Shown one piece after another: positions 54,486-64,000 of a stretch of 64,000 bases of DNA. How positions within the stretch are numbered: the stretch's first letter is position 1; each line of letters begins with the position of its first letter. Position numbers and translations under genes: made by a program. Source of the DNA: Balanoglossus misakiensis (taxonomy: Eukaryota > Animalia > Hemichordata); contig JBECUI020000033.1 of assembly GCA_040954595.2 (NCBI GenBank), positions 1 to 64,000 on the forward strand, in the 5' to 3' direction. The notes below the pieces were generated by a model. It was not told the origin of the DNA, searched no databases, and was given only the letters and a program-made list of their open reading frames with translations.

Positions 54486-55685
54486 CTAGATAGAAATAAG
54501 CTTTTTCTCTTGAAGTTTCTTCATTTCCTCATCCGAAAGTACACTGGTGATGGAAAGTCCTTCCTGATTTTTTGTCTCTACCAGGGGATGTTCTTTAATG
54601 ATGTGTAGGTTCTTGTCCAAAAGAAGTTTGACGACGGGGAATTTAGGATTTTCTTTATCAGTATCCACAACTGCACCGATAGCCCCGTTGTCCATCTGTA
54701 CATAACTTCCCAGGGGATAAACAGAAAGGCAAAGTAAGAGGGCTCGGATAACCTTTTCATCGTAGAGATCCTGGATCTCTCTGAGCATAAGAATAAGGCT
54801 GGTATGCCCATCGGCTTTGTCTCTGTAGGGTCGTTGGGATATCTGGGCATCGTAGGAGCAGGAAACTCCGATAATCTTCCCAAAAAGAGATATATTCTTA
54901 TCCTTAAGGCTTTGCGGATAACCCGACCCATTAGCTCGCTCATGGTGTTGCCAGACTCCTAAAAAGATATCCTGAGGTAGAGCAAGAGCATTCACTTTGG
55001 AATAATCTTGGAGCATACGTAGCCCATGAAGGGGATGAGTATGTACTAGTTTTTTCTCCAATGTAGAAAGAGCCCCTGTTTTGTGGTAAATTTGACGGGG
55101 AATTTTTAGCATCCCTACCTCGTGCAGTATAGCACTGATACCCAGTTCTATTAGCTTGTGATTAGGAAGTCTTAGGGTATCTCCAAGAGCGAGGGCAAGG
55201 ACGGTGGAACGGGCGGAATGAGTGAAAAGGTAACCAATGTCCTTGGACTGGAGATCAGGCAATCGAAGGATGAAGTTACGGCGCACTTTGATCATGGAGA
55301 TAGTTTTCTTTACCTGTTCGGTAATGGCATTCATATCGAGAGTTTTTTCCCTTTCAAAGCTTTCGTATACATCCCGGGTGAAAATGGAGAAGTGATTAAA
55401 GAATTCCCTTGCTTCTCTTCGACCCTCATTCTCTTTTGCGTTGTTGTTTAGTATAGCGTTGACTTGGAGTTCCCCTATGTTTCCTTCCTGAATTCCTCTA
55501 CCTGTAATAGGAGTCCCTTCGGTCCAGGCCTCCCTTATATTCCATTTCTTAAGATCACTGATTAGTGATTGCGTAACTGGTGAATCTTGGGCGAGAAGAA
55601 TGAAGTCGTTATCTAACCAAAGAGAAGAATCAAAAATAGAATCGACTGCAAGATCTGCTACCGGAATCAGTCTTTTTTTTGCCAT
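54486..55685 (-). CDS. HD-GYP domain protein with degenerate metal ligands (HE for HD)
   Basis: AILHEVG, HHERANGSGYP, SCSYDA, YPLGSYV C-terminal extension. Confidence 0.85.
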   Translation of the reverse strand: MAKKRLIPVADLAVDSIFDSSLWLDNDFILLAQDSPVTQSLISDLKKWNIREAWTEGTPITGRGIQEGNIGELQVNAILNNNAKENEGRREAREFFNHFSIFTRDVYESFEREKTLDMNAITEQVKKTISMIKVRRNFILRLPDLQSKDIGYLFTHSARSTVLALALGDTLRLPNHKLIELGISAILHEVGMLKIPRQIYHKTGALSTLEKKLVHTHPLHGLRMLQDYSKVNALALPQDIFLGVWQHHERANGSGYPQSLKDKNISLFGKIIGVSCSYDAQISQRPYRDKADGHTSLILMLREIQDLYDEKVIRALLLCLSVYPLGSYVQMDNGAIGAVVDTDKENPKFPVVKLLLDKNLHIIKEHPLVETKNQEGLSITSVLSDEEMKKLQEKKLISI

Positions 55686-56025
55686 AAAATATTATTGGCC
55701 CCCCATCAGACTTTATTCAGAAAACTCTTCTCTCAAAAAAGTAGAATTGTGACCTTCACGTTGATTTGTAAGAGCCTGAGAGATAAGGAACACTCTCATA
55801 TTATATGAAGTTTAAAACTTTTATTGAGATTTTCAATAAGGTAAGCCTCATATTTGGTTTTTTTATCATATTTTTTAGTTTGGTATAATAAAAAATTTGC
55901 TTCAGTAAAGATAAAGCCTTCCTACTTCCACCCAAAAATATTTTTATTTATCTGGAAAAATCAGGAAGACAATGGCCATGAATACATAGGAGAGATTGGT
56001 CAAATAAATCTAGTACATGAAAAAC

Positions 56026-56054
56026 TAAAGAAAAGCAGATTCTTCTTATCGTTT
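56026..56054 (-). repeat. 29-bp palindromic site, copy 5: TAAAGAAAAGCAGA-T-TCTTCTTATCGTTT
   Basis: Direct repeat of copy 4; inverted relative to copy 6. Confidence 0.88.
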
Positions 56055-56152
56055 TATAAACTCAGGCAAATATACCCCCTATTAAGCCGCCGGAAATCCA
56101 GATAATTGAAACCATACCCCCCTTCCTCCCGTTCATAGAACTAGGAGATGAT

Positions 56153-56419
56153 ATGTTTACTAACTACCCCAGGAATCTTCAGGCTGCCCCCAGACCGAAA
56201 CGCTGCCCTAATCCTGAATGTGAGTATCACCTGAGGCCCTTGGGGAGTTCCTGGTTTCTCTTCCGAGGGACAGGCGAGAATAAGAGGCACGGGAAGGTCC
56301 GTTACTATTTCTGCACTTCCTGTTCGAGGACTTTTTCTTCAGCGACATTTCTTGTCTCTTACTATGAGAAAGTAGATATTTCCTACGAAAGATACTTTTT
56401 TATGCCGAGAAAGACATAA
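56153..56419 (+). mobile_element. Transposase remnant with N-terminal Zn ribbon (IS1/IS1595-like)
   Basis: AGGAG RBS; CPNPECEYH...G.....HGKVRYYFCTSCSRTFS; ORF decays afterwards. Confidence 0.55.
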
Positions 56420-56693
56420 GCCTGTCTCAATGGGCTCGCTATCTTGAAACGACCCCCGCCACCCTGAAGTTGAGGCTTTGTAAGTTGGGCTGGCTGCTCT
56501 TGAAAAAAGCCTCCGATAATCTTCCCCCTGGTTTTTTGGACTGTCTTCTAGGGATACATGAGATGGTGGCAAGAGGAGAGAAGTCCTATCCCATACTCAG
56601 GTTTCTGATTGTTCAGCTGAAGGAAGTTCTGGCTTTCCTCAGGTCCTCAGGTGCTAAACTTTCCCGGGGGCGTTCTTTTTTGTCTGATTTGTT

Positions 56694-56722
56694 GATCGAT
56701 AAGAAGAATCTGTTTTGTCAGT
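56694..56722 (+). repeat. 29-bp palindromic site, copy 6: GATCGATAAGAAGA-A-TCTGTTTTGTCAGT
   Basis: Core CGATAAGAAGAATCTG shared with copies 2, 4 and 5. Confidence 0.75.
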
Positions 56723-56973
56723 TACGACAGCTCTGCTGCCGCTGGTACTACAGGTTAGCCAAAGATATTTTCTATTACACGAAGTACCAATGGGAATGAA
56801 GCAACTCCCCCCCCTACCCCCAACCAACCTTCTAAACACATAGTTATACTAAAAATCCACCCAATCGCAAAATCTTCCTTTAAACGCAACAAATAAGGGA
56901 ATGTTGGGCGAGATAGATTCCCTATTGGCAGGTACTTTTACCTTTGTCCCCTGTCCCCTATACTCTCTTCACT

Positions 56974-58464
56974 ATGAGGATAAGAACTCGTTATGCTCCA
57001 TCGCCTACAGGTTTGCAACATATAGGTGGAATACGTACAGCTTTGTACAATTATTTTTTTGCCCGATCTCAAGGAGGAGTTTTTCTTCTGCGTATAGAAG
57101 ATACAGACCAATCACGGTATAGCGAAGGAGCCTTGAAAGATCTTTACGATACCCTGAACTGGCTGGGAATTGACTGGGACGAAGGTCCGGGGAAAAATGG
57201 TCAGCTCGGTCCCTATGTCCAGTCCGAACGGAGAGAAATCTACCGAAAACATGCCGCCGAACTTCTGGCAGAGGACAAAGCATATCCCTGTTTTTGTACT
57301 CCTGAGCGTCTGGAACAGCTCAGAGAGGCACAGCGCCGAAACAAAACAAACATAGGCTACGATCGTCATTGCCGTTCCCTAAGTTCCGATGAGGCAGCAA
57401 GCCGGATGAAAGCCAAGGAAGACCATGTCCTTCGCTTGAAGGTACCTCTGGAGGGAAAGACAGTTCTTAGTGACTTTTTGCTCGGAGAAATCAGCGTAAA
57501 AAACAGCAACATGACTGTCGATCCTGTCATTTTAAAAACAGACGGTAACCCCACCTACCATCTAGCCAATGTTATTGACGATCATCTTATGGGCATTACC
57601 CATGTTTTAAGAGCCCAGGAATGGATCCCCTCATGCCCCCTCCACCTGCTACTCTATCAGGCCTTTAAATGGTCCCCCCCCCTGTTTTGCCATCTCCCCA
57701 TGGTCATGGGGAAGGATGGTCAGAAACTTTCCAAACGGCATGGCTCCACTGCGGTCAGGGAATTTAGGGAATCGGGTTATTTACCGGAAGCGGTATTGAA
57801 CCACATCTCCTTGCTGGGATGGAGTTATGACGATTCCAGGGAATTTTTTTCCAGCAAGGATTTGGAAGAACTTTTTGTTCTTGAAAAACTCAACAAAGCC
57901 CCAGCAGTTTTTGATCACCAAAAGCTTAAATGGTTTAACGGCCATTATATCCGCAGCAAGGATTCTGAGGAGCTTAAGGTTCTTCTTTTGAAAACCCTGG
58001 AAAAAGACAAGGTACTCTCTTTGCCTCTGGGAAAGCGGGAACAAGAGCTTTTTGATGGGGTCTTTCCTTTGGTTCGGGAAAGACTCAAGCTTGTGAATGA
58101 TATCACACCGCTGCTGAGTTTCCTTTTTACCGATCCCAGCCTGAGAAACCCTGAAGATGCAATCCCTAAAAAAATGAACCGTAGTGAGACAAGGCGGGCA
58201 CTTATACTGGGGCGGGCACTGCTAAGGGCATCGCCTTTTTTACCAGAAGAGAAAGAGGCAGAAGACTGGGATCAGGATTGCGAAGAGAAATTTCGCCAGA
58301 AAGCCGTGGATGAAGGCTTTAAACTAGGTCAACTCCTCCAGCCCTTACGGGTGGCTGTGACGGCCGAAAAAGTGAGCCTTCCTCTATTCCCCTCGCTGCG
58401 TCTGCTGGGGATCACGGAAAGCCTACGACGGATAGACAGATTGATCGAAACTTTAAAAGAGTAA
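56974..58464 (+). CDS. gltX: Glutamate--tRNA ligase
   Basis: RYAPSPTG.QHIGG, LRIEDTD, KLSKRHG. Confidence 0.96.
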   Translation: MRIRTRYAPSPTGLQHIGGIRTALYNYFFARSQGGVFLLRIEDTDQSRYSEGALKDLYDTLNWLGIDWDEGPGKNGQLGPYVQSERREIYRKHAAELLAEDKAYPCFCTPERLEQLREAQRRNKTNIGYDRHCRSLSSDEAASRMKAKEDHVLRLKVPLEGKTVLSDFLLGEISVKNSNMTVDPVILKTDGNPTYHLANVIDDHLMGITHVLRAQEWIPSCPLHLLLYQAFKWSPPLFCHLPMVMGKDGQKLSKRHGSTAVREFRESGYLPEAVLNHISLLGWSYDDSREFFSSKDLEELFVLEKLNKAPAVFDHQKLKWFNGHYIRSKDSEELKVLLLKTLEKDKVLSLPLGKREQELFDGVFPLVRERLKLVNDITPLLSFLFTDPSLRNPEDAIPKKMNRSETRRALILGRALLRASPFLPEEKEAEDWDQDCEEKFRQKAVDEGFKLGQLLQPLRVAVTAEKVSLPLFPSLRLLGITESLRRIDRLIETLKE

Positions 58465-58553
58465 AAATGCCTGTCTCTTCCCCAAGGATTGTCAGGCCAT
58501 CCTGTAAATGCTACATTACCTGAATCAATCCCCTGAAAAATAAGGACGACTTT

Positions 58554-59951
58554 ATGTTGACGGATAAAAAGGTCAAAACCTCCGCCCCTAGCAACGAACA
58601 TGGTGCCTCCATGGATAAGATTGTTTCTCTATGCAAACGCAGGGGTTTCGTCTATCCCTCTAGTGAAATCTACGGGGGACTTACAGCCACCTGGGACTAT
58701 GGCCCCCTTGGGGTTCAACTAAAAAATAACATACAGAAGGCCTGGTGGAAAGAAATGGTTCAGCGTCATAACAACATTGTAGGTTTGGATTCAGCCATTA
58801 TGATGCACCCCCGAATTTGGGAAGCCTCAGGACATGTGGAAAACTTTTCTGACCCCCTGGTGGACTGCAAAAAGTGCAAAACAAGATTTCGTGAAGATCA
58901 ACTGGCCCCTAAGGTCTTGGCAGACAAATTGTGTCCAGAATGTGGTGGAGAACTCACTGACCCGCGGCAGTTTAACCTGATGTTCACCACCCATATGGGA
59001 CCGGTTCAGGACTCAGGAAGCCTGATCTATCTTCGCCCCGAAACGGCCCAAGGCATTTTTGTCAACTTTAAAAACGTTTTGGATTCTACCCGGGTACAGA
59101 TTCCCTTTGGTATTGCCCAGGTAGGAAAGGCCTTTCGTAATGAAATTACCACAAGGAACTTCATCTTCCGGACCTGTGAGTTTGAGCAGATGGAGATGCA
59201 GTATTTTGTTAAGCCTGGAACCGAAGATACTCATTTTGAAACCTGGAAGAGCAAGCGGATGACCTGGTACCAAAAACACTTGGGCATTCATCCTGAGAGA
59301 CTTCGTTTTCACCAACATGGTCCAGGAGAACTGGCGCATTACGCCAAGGATGCCTTTGACATCGAATACCACTATCCCTTCGGATGGCAGGAACTGGAGG
59401 GCATTCATTCTCGGAGCAACTATGATTTAGGCCGCCACGGGGAGTTTACCGGCAAAGAAATTAGCTATTTAGATCCCCAGGACAGCAGCCGTTATGTTCC
59501 CTGGGTGGTGGAAACCTCCAGTGGTCTCAGTCGGAGTGTCCTTGTGGTGCTAATGGATGCCTATCATGAGGAGACTTTAGGGGTGGATAAAAAAGGTAAT
59601 GCCGACATCCGTACGGTGCTTCATTTCCACCCTGAAATTGCTCCTATAACGGTTGGAGTTTTTCCCCTGGTCAAAAAAGATGGCCTCGCTGAACTGGCAC
59701 AGAAACTTGAGGCCGAGCTTCGAGAGGAATTCACCACTTTCTACGACCAAAGTGGTGCCATTGGCCGTCGTTATCGTCGGATGGACGAGGTTGGCACCCC
59801 CTTTTGTGTCACCGTTGATTATGAAACCATGGATGATGAGACCGTGACCCTAAGGTTTCGGGATTCTATGAAACAGTTGCGTCTTCCTGCGAAAGAATTG
59901 GCGGAGTGCATTCGTCGGGAAATGAAGAACTGGACCCCTGGGAAACCATAG
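58554..59951 (+). CDS. glyQS: Glycine--tRNA ligase, homodimeric alpha2 type
   Basis: YDYGP-like WDYGPLG, LRPETAQGIF, FRNEI, EFEQME, IGRRYRR.DEVGTPF. Confidence 0.95.
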   Translation: MLTDKKVKTSAPSNEHGASMDKIVSLCKRRGFVYPSSEIYGGLTATWDYGPLGVQLKNNIQKAWWKEMVQRHNNIVGLDSAIMMHPRIWEASGHVENFSDPLVDCKKCKTRFREDQLAPKVLADKLCPECGGELTDPRQFNLMFTTHMGPVQDSGSLIYLRPETAQGIFVNFKNVLDSTRVQIPFGIAQVGKAFRNEITTRNFIFRTCEFEQMEMQYFVKPGTEDTHFETWKSKRMTWYQKHLGIHPERLRFHQHGPGELAHYAKDAFDIEYHYPFGWQELEGIHSRSNYDLGRHGEFTGKEISYLDPQDSSRYVPWVVETSSGLSRSVLVVLMDAYHEETLGVDKKGNADIRTVLHFHPEIAPITVGVFPLVKKDGLAELAQKLEAELREEFTTFYDQSGAIGRRYRRMDEVGTPFCVTVDYETMDDETVTLRFRDSMKQLRLPAKELAECIRREMKNWTPGKP

Positions 59952-59965
59952 ATAAAGGATCTGGA

Positions 59966-61195
59966 ATGACTCTATCAGCTTTGGATATACTAAAAGCACG
60001 CGGTTTTTTTAAGCAATGCACCGACGTAGAAGGCCTCTCTGAGCAATTACAACAGGCTTCGCAGAGTTTCTATGTTGGAATAGATCCCACTTTCACCTCC
60101 CTTCACGTCGGCCATCTGGTGCCCATCTATGCCGCGGCCCATCTCCAGAAGGCTGGTCATAAGCCCATATTTCTTATGGGAGGCGGCACGGCCAGAATAG
60201 GTGACCCCTCAGGGAAAGACGAGACGAGGAAGCTGATAAGCTATGAGGAAATTGAGACAAATGCACACCGGGTAAGAAGTCAGATTGGGCGGCTTGTCGA
60301 TCTTGAACATTCCAACGCCATCACCCCCAACAACGCCGAATGGCTAGCGGATCTCAATCACATAGATTTCCTTAGGGAAATAGGAAGGCATTTCAGTATT
60401 AACCGGATGCTTTCTTTCGAAGCCTATCGACAGCGTATGGAAAAAGGGCTTACTTTTCTGGAGTTTAATTATCAGATCCTCCAGTCCTATGACTTTTTAG
60501 AACTTTTTCGACGTTATCGTTGTGTTCTCCAAATAGGAGGCGACGACCAGTGGGGAAATATTGTCGCTGGGCTGGAACTCATTCGTCGTATAGAGGGCAA
60601 GACCGTCTATGGTCTCACCGTCCCCCTGCTTACCCGCTCCGATGGGAAAAAAATGGGTAAGACCGAAAAGGGTGCACTTTTTCTCGATGCAAAACTTACC
60701 TCAATCTACGACTTCTACCAGTACTGGCGTAACGTTCCTGATCTTGATGTGGAAAAATTTTTGCTGATCTTCACCTTCCTTTCTCCCTCTGAATGCCGGG
60801 AGCTTGGATCTGTTTCTGGAGAGGGTATCAATGCCTCCAAGGAGCGTTTGGCCTATGAGGTTACCAAACTGCTTCATGGGAAGGAAGAAGCAGAATCAGC
60901 CCGTGAAGCCGCCTTGGCGGTCTTTGGTGGAGGAAAGAACCGGTCGGGGATGCCTACGACCTTTCGTTCCCGAGAGGATTTTGAGAAAGGTGTGGGAGTT
61001 TTGGATCTTTTTAGTGATACTGGACTTTGCAGCTCGAAATCCGAAACCCGAAGACTGGTGCAGCAGGGCGGTGCTTGGGTCAATGACAAAAACATTACTG
61101 ACCCCGAGACGGTCCTGGGTTCTGAAGTCATAAGCAACGGAGAAATTATGCTTCGGGCTGGGAAAAAACGCTACCATCGAATTGCTGTGAAATAA
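59966..61195 (+). CDS. tyrS: Tyrosine--tRNA ligase
   Basis: GIDPT..SLHVGH, QIGGDDQWGNI, KMGKT, C-terminal S4 domain. Confidence 0.96.
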   Translation: MTLSALDILKARGFFKQCTDVEGLSEQLQQASQSFYVGIDPTFTSLHVGHLVPIYAAAHLQKAGHKPIFLMGGGTARIGDPSGKDETRKLISYEEIETNAHRVRSQIGRLVDLEHSNAITPNNAEWLADLNHIDFLREIGRHFSINRMLSFEAYRQRMEKGLTFLEFNYQILQSYDFLELFRRYRCVLQIGGDDQWGNIVAGLELIRRIEGKTVYGLTVPLLTRSDGKKMGKTEKGALFLDAKLTSIYDFYQYWRNVPDLDVEKFLLIFTFLSPSECRELGSVSGEGINASKERLAYEVTKLLHGKEEAESAREAALAVFGGGKNRSGMPTTFRSREDFEKGVGVLDLFSDTGLCSSKSETRRLVQQGGAWVNDKNITDPETVLGSEVISNGEIMLRAGKKRYHRIAVK

Positions 61196-61766
61196 CGATG
61201 CCAGAGGGCTGCCTTTGAGTGCTGAAAAACCGAGCCTGGGCAGCGACCTTGCTCAAATCCAGAAAGCTCTCCGCATCGTTTATCTTTGCATTGAAGGTGC
61301 ATTAATTGGTCTTTTAAGAATAAACAGCACAGAATATTTCTGTCATAACTCTGCCTAGAAATTCCGGCAAAGTTCATTGTGAGAATTTTTAAACGGTATT
61401 AAGCGTTTGCCAGGGATGATGATCTAATTTCGACATAAATGTTATTTTTCTTTTCCGGATTTTTTGCCAAACAGAAGTTTTTCTCAATTTTTTGCATTTT
61501 TTTTCCAAATTAATTCCTCCAAATAGATAAATCACAACTTAATTGCCATATTTTTTAAGCAGAGTCTTTCACATTTCTGACAATACTGTCGGGCTTATCT
61601 ACATTATTGTCAGAAAAATTCCCTTCCGAAGCCCTCAAATCTCTCTAGGTGCTGTTTTGGGCCTTCTTGGCCCTTTTTTCCTGCCAGAAAAAGTTGGCAG
61701 GTTTCTTGCTTATATACGTTTACCAACAAGAGCTGCTTTACAAATTTATTTTATTTGGAGTGTCTT

Positions 61767-62642
61767 ATGAATCGTATCAAAGAAGGTTCTCTTACAGAGA
61801 GAGTTTTGAACTATCAAAAAACCAAGACCGGTTTAGAAGAATTGAATCAAGAAATCTTTCTTCTTATCTATGATTTTCCCAAAACCCAAGCGGACTGGGG
61901 TGAGGAGGAGCGAGGGGATTTTTTGCTCGCCTTTCTTCCCAGGGTTCCAAGGCTTATCCAAAGGTTTACCTATACTGGCAAACCCTTTGAGAACTACCTG
62001 AGAAACGTTCTTCGTTGGTTTATACGCTCCTATGCTGTTTCTAGGGTTTCAGAGGAAAAACTCCATAAGTTTGGACTTAGGGAAATGACTATAGAGGCAG
62101 AAGAGGCGGCAGAATCTTTCCAGCCCGAAAATTATGGCGTTAGCAACAGCCTATCTCCTCCCTTTCGCTCTGATTTGTTAAAATTGAATAAAAAAGGACA
62201 GATTGAATGCAAGGTTGTGCGGAAACGCTTTCTCTGGTTGGTTCTTTTAGGCGGAGTCACCCTGGATCAGAGCCAATTGGAGCAAGCAGCATGGTTGATT
62301 GATTGTGATCCCCTGTGGCTTGGCGACCAAATACAAGAGATAAAAACTATGGTAAAAGAGCGCTTCCGTAAGCGAGAAAAACTTGTAAAGCGACGCAACG
62401 AATGCTGGTATCGGATGTACACCGCTCAGTACTGTGCCTCTAATGAACCCCAGCCGGAAAAAAAGGCCATCTATCTTTCTCGTGCAGGCACCTGGAAAAT
62501 CCGGTGGGAAGCGGCTAATCGTGTTTTAGGACGACATATGGCCGTTCCTACTCGATCTGAGATTGCTTCTTTGCTGGGACTTCCCAAGGGAACGGTGGCC
62601 TCTGGTCTGCATTATTTCCTCAAGAAAGCTTTCCAGGAGTAG
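61767..62642 (+). CDS. Hypothetical protein with sigma70-like region 2 and region 4 (HTH) features
   Basis: FENYLRNVLRW; C-terminal RSEIASLLGLPKGTVASGL. Confidence 0.65.
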   Translation: MNRIKEGSLTERVLNYQKTKTGLEELNQEIFLLIYDFPKTQADWGEEERGDFLLAFLPRVPRLIQRFTYTGKPFENYLRNVLRWFIRSYAVSRVSEEKLHKFGLREMTIEAEEAAESFQPENYGVSNSLSPPFRSDLLKLNKKGQIECKVVRKRFLWLVLLGGVTLDQSQLEQAAWLIDCDPLWLGDQIQEIKTMVKERFRKREKLVKRRNECWYRMYTAQYCASNEPQPEKKAIYLSRAGTWKIRWEAANRVLGRHMAVPTRSEIASLLGLPKGTVASGLHYFLKKAFQE

Positions 62643-62654
62643 TTTTTTGATTGA

Positions 62655-62684
62655 AGCCCCCCCCTCCACTTCAGGAGGGGGGCT
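62655..62684. terminator. GC-rich hairpin after the sigma-like gene
   Basis: AGCCCCCCCCTCC-ACTTCA-GGAGGGGGGCT. Confidence 0.55.
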
Positions 62685-63090
62685 ATGGAGGAGTCTATAA
62701 GAGAGCCTATGATCAGGATTTTGTTGCCATAACATAGCAATATTCCTCCCTCGACCCTTATTTATTTCTGACAATTATGTAGTTTTTTCTTATTGCTCTT
62801 TTTAGGAGAACTTTCCCCGCCTTCTCCTTACCAAGCGGTATGGCCTTCCCAAAATGGGGAAGAAAAGATTCGTTGTCGCTCCAGAAGGAGAGCCTTGGAG
62901 ACATGCTGGCAGAGGCTTGTGTTTGCGGGCCTTCTGCCTGGAAGAAACACATCAGAATACTTACCACACCCCAGGCCCCAAAATCCAACAGAAAGAAAGT
63001 TTCCCTTTGGATTTTCCCCCTTATGTCCTGGGTAAGAAATTCAACAAGAAATATTCTTTAATCTCATTGATTCTCGAGTATGATTCAGGC

Positions 63091-64000
63091 CTAAGAGTCC
63101 TGCAGTTTTTCCAGCCATAGAACTTCCCAGGGCTTAAGAGAAATTGTTCCGCTCTGGCCAGCTCCTCTGCTCAGCTCGACTTCCCTACCGCTGATCAGGT
63201 CCCGAAAACGGTTTCCGGAGGGGGCCTCGGTGGGAGGAATGCGTAGCTCCTGGGAATGCCCCACAACAGATTGCAGGCAAAGAATTTCCCCCGACCCCTC
63301 GGGTTCCTGTCTTTTCAGGGCAAAGAGGCCGCTTCCCCAGTCTAAAATAGTTTGTCCTCCCGCCGGATGAAAGGCTCTCTTGGATCTCCGGGCTTCCAAC
63401 AGGTTCCGATAACCTTGAAAAACCTTACTTCGGAAGCTTAAAGGATTGTCAAGTTCTGCCTCTAAATCAGCCCTGGCCAGCTTTTCTCGATTTATGCTGC
63501 GCTTAGTCCCGGTAATGCTCACAGCTTCTTTCCAGTTTCCTGAACCTAAAAGACTGTGGATATAAATCCCTGGAACTCCTGCCATGGCGAGCATGACGGC
63601 TTGGGAGGAGAGAAATTTAGTAACACGGGCATCTTCATCAAGGGTTCTTTCGGCTACCGCATCACAGTAATTTACGTTGAGTTCGTAGGGGATTTCCCCT
63701 TCGGGGCTACTTTTATAGCTGACCATTCCGCCACGAGCCTCTACCTCTCTTAGAAGATTTTCCAATTCTTCTTCGCTCAAATGCCCCTTGGTAGGAAGCA
63801 GGCCCACACCATCATGGGAAGCCAGAAAGTTAAAAAAGGTATGTTCGGGTCCAGGTGGGGGGAGAGTACGGGCCCAAGATGTGAGTTTTGAGGCGTTTCC
63901 CCTGATAAAGGCATCCAGGGTTAGGGGGGGAGGGGGAATTGGTAGACCATATGGGCCTCGTCACTACCCTGCCCATAGTAGGAAATATTTTCTTTGTGGG
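63091..64000 (-). CDS. GH13_18 sugar phosphorylase, probably glucosylglycerate phosphorylase; 3' part only, indel in G-run ~63925
   Basis: EAHMVYQF.LPPL, FNFLASHDG.G, PYELN, GVPGIY.HSLLGS, R.INR, AFHP. Confidence 0.8.

Noticed and set aside
56470-56799. 109-aa ORF as an intact gene
   Set aside because: No RBS or recognisable domain; lies within the decayed element and spans palindromic site 6.
56800-56973. T-box leader for gltX-glyQS-tyrS
   Set aside because: No T-box consensus (AAGGTGGxACC) or terminator/antiterminator seen.

Overview
Chromosomal window from a spirochaete. The evidence is the prfB-PEGA-ftsY-hyp-lolC/D/E and gltX-glyQS-tyrS gene orders, an alpha2-type GlyRS, an FlgD-Ig/OmpA protein and BspA-type LRR lipoproteins. 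The left half (1-27 kb) holds three large repeat-rich surface lipoproteins: one Ig-repeat/LRR protein, and two paralogous LRR-FN3-GLUG proteins that each lie just downstream of a tRNA gene (Val-CAC, Ala-CGC). It also has cimA-leuA-leuB with a candidate leader peptide, rplM-rpsI, moaB, msrA and a Flavo-1-like structured RNA. The right half is mostly core genes: rdgB, TPR protein, clpC, lolCDE, ftsY, prfB (programmed +1 frameshift), rlmKL, an NqrA-less nqrBCDEF cluster with divergent rseC, a degenerate HD-GYP protein, an IS remnant, three tRNA synthetases, a sigma-like protein and a GH13_18 phosphorylase. Many genes before ~32 kb, including rpsI and clpC, have single-base indels, mostly in homopolymers; these are most likely long-read errors. 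The most unexplained signal is a polar 29-bp palindromic site (AAACGATAAGAAGA-A-TCTKCTTWTC...) found six times outside credible genes. It flanks the HD-GYP gene as identical direct repeats and a transposase remnant as inverted repeats. All calls come from reading the sequence and recalling protein and RNA families; no searches were run.
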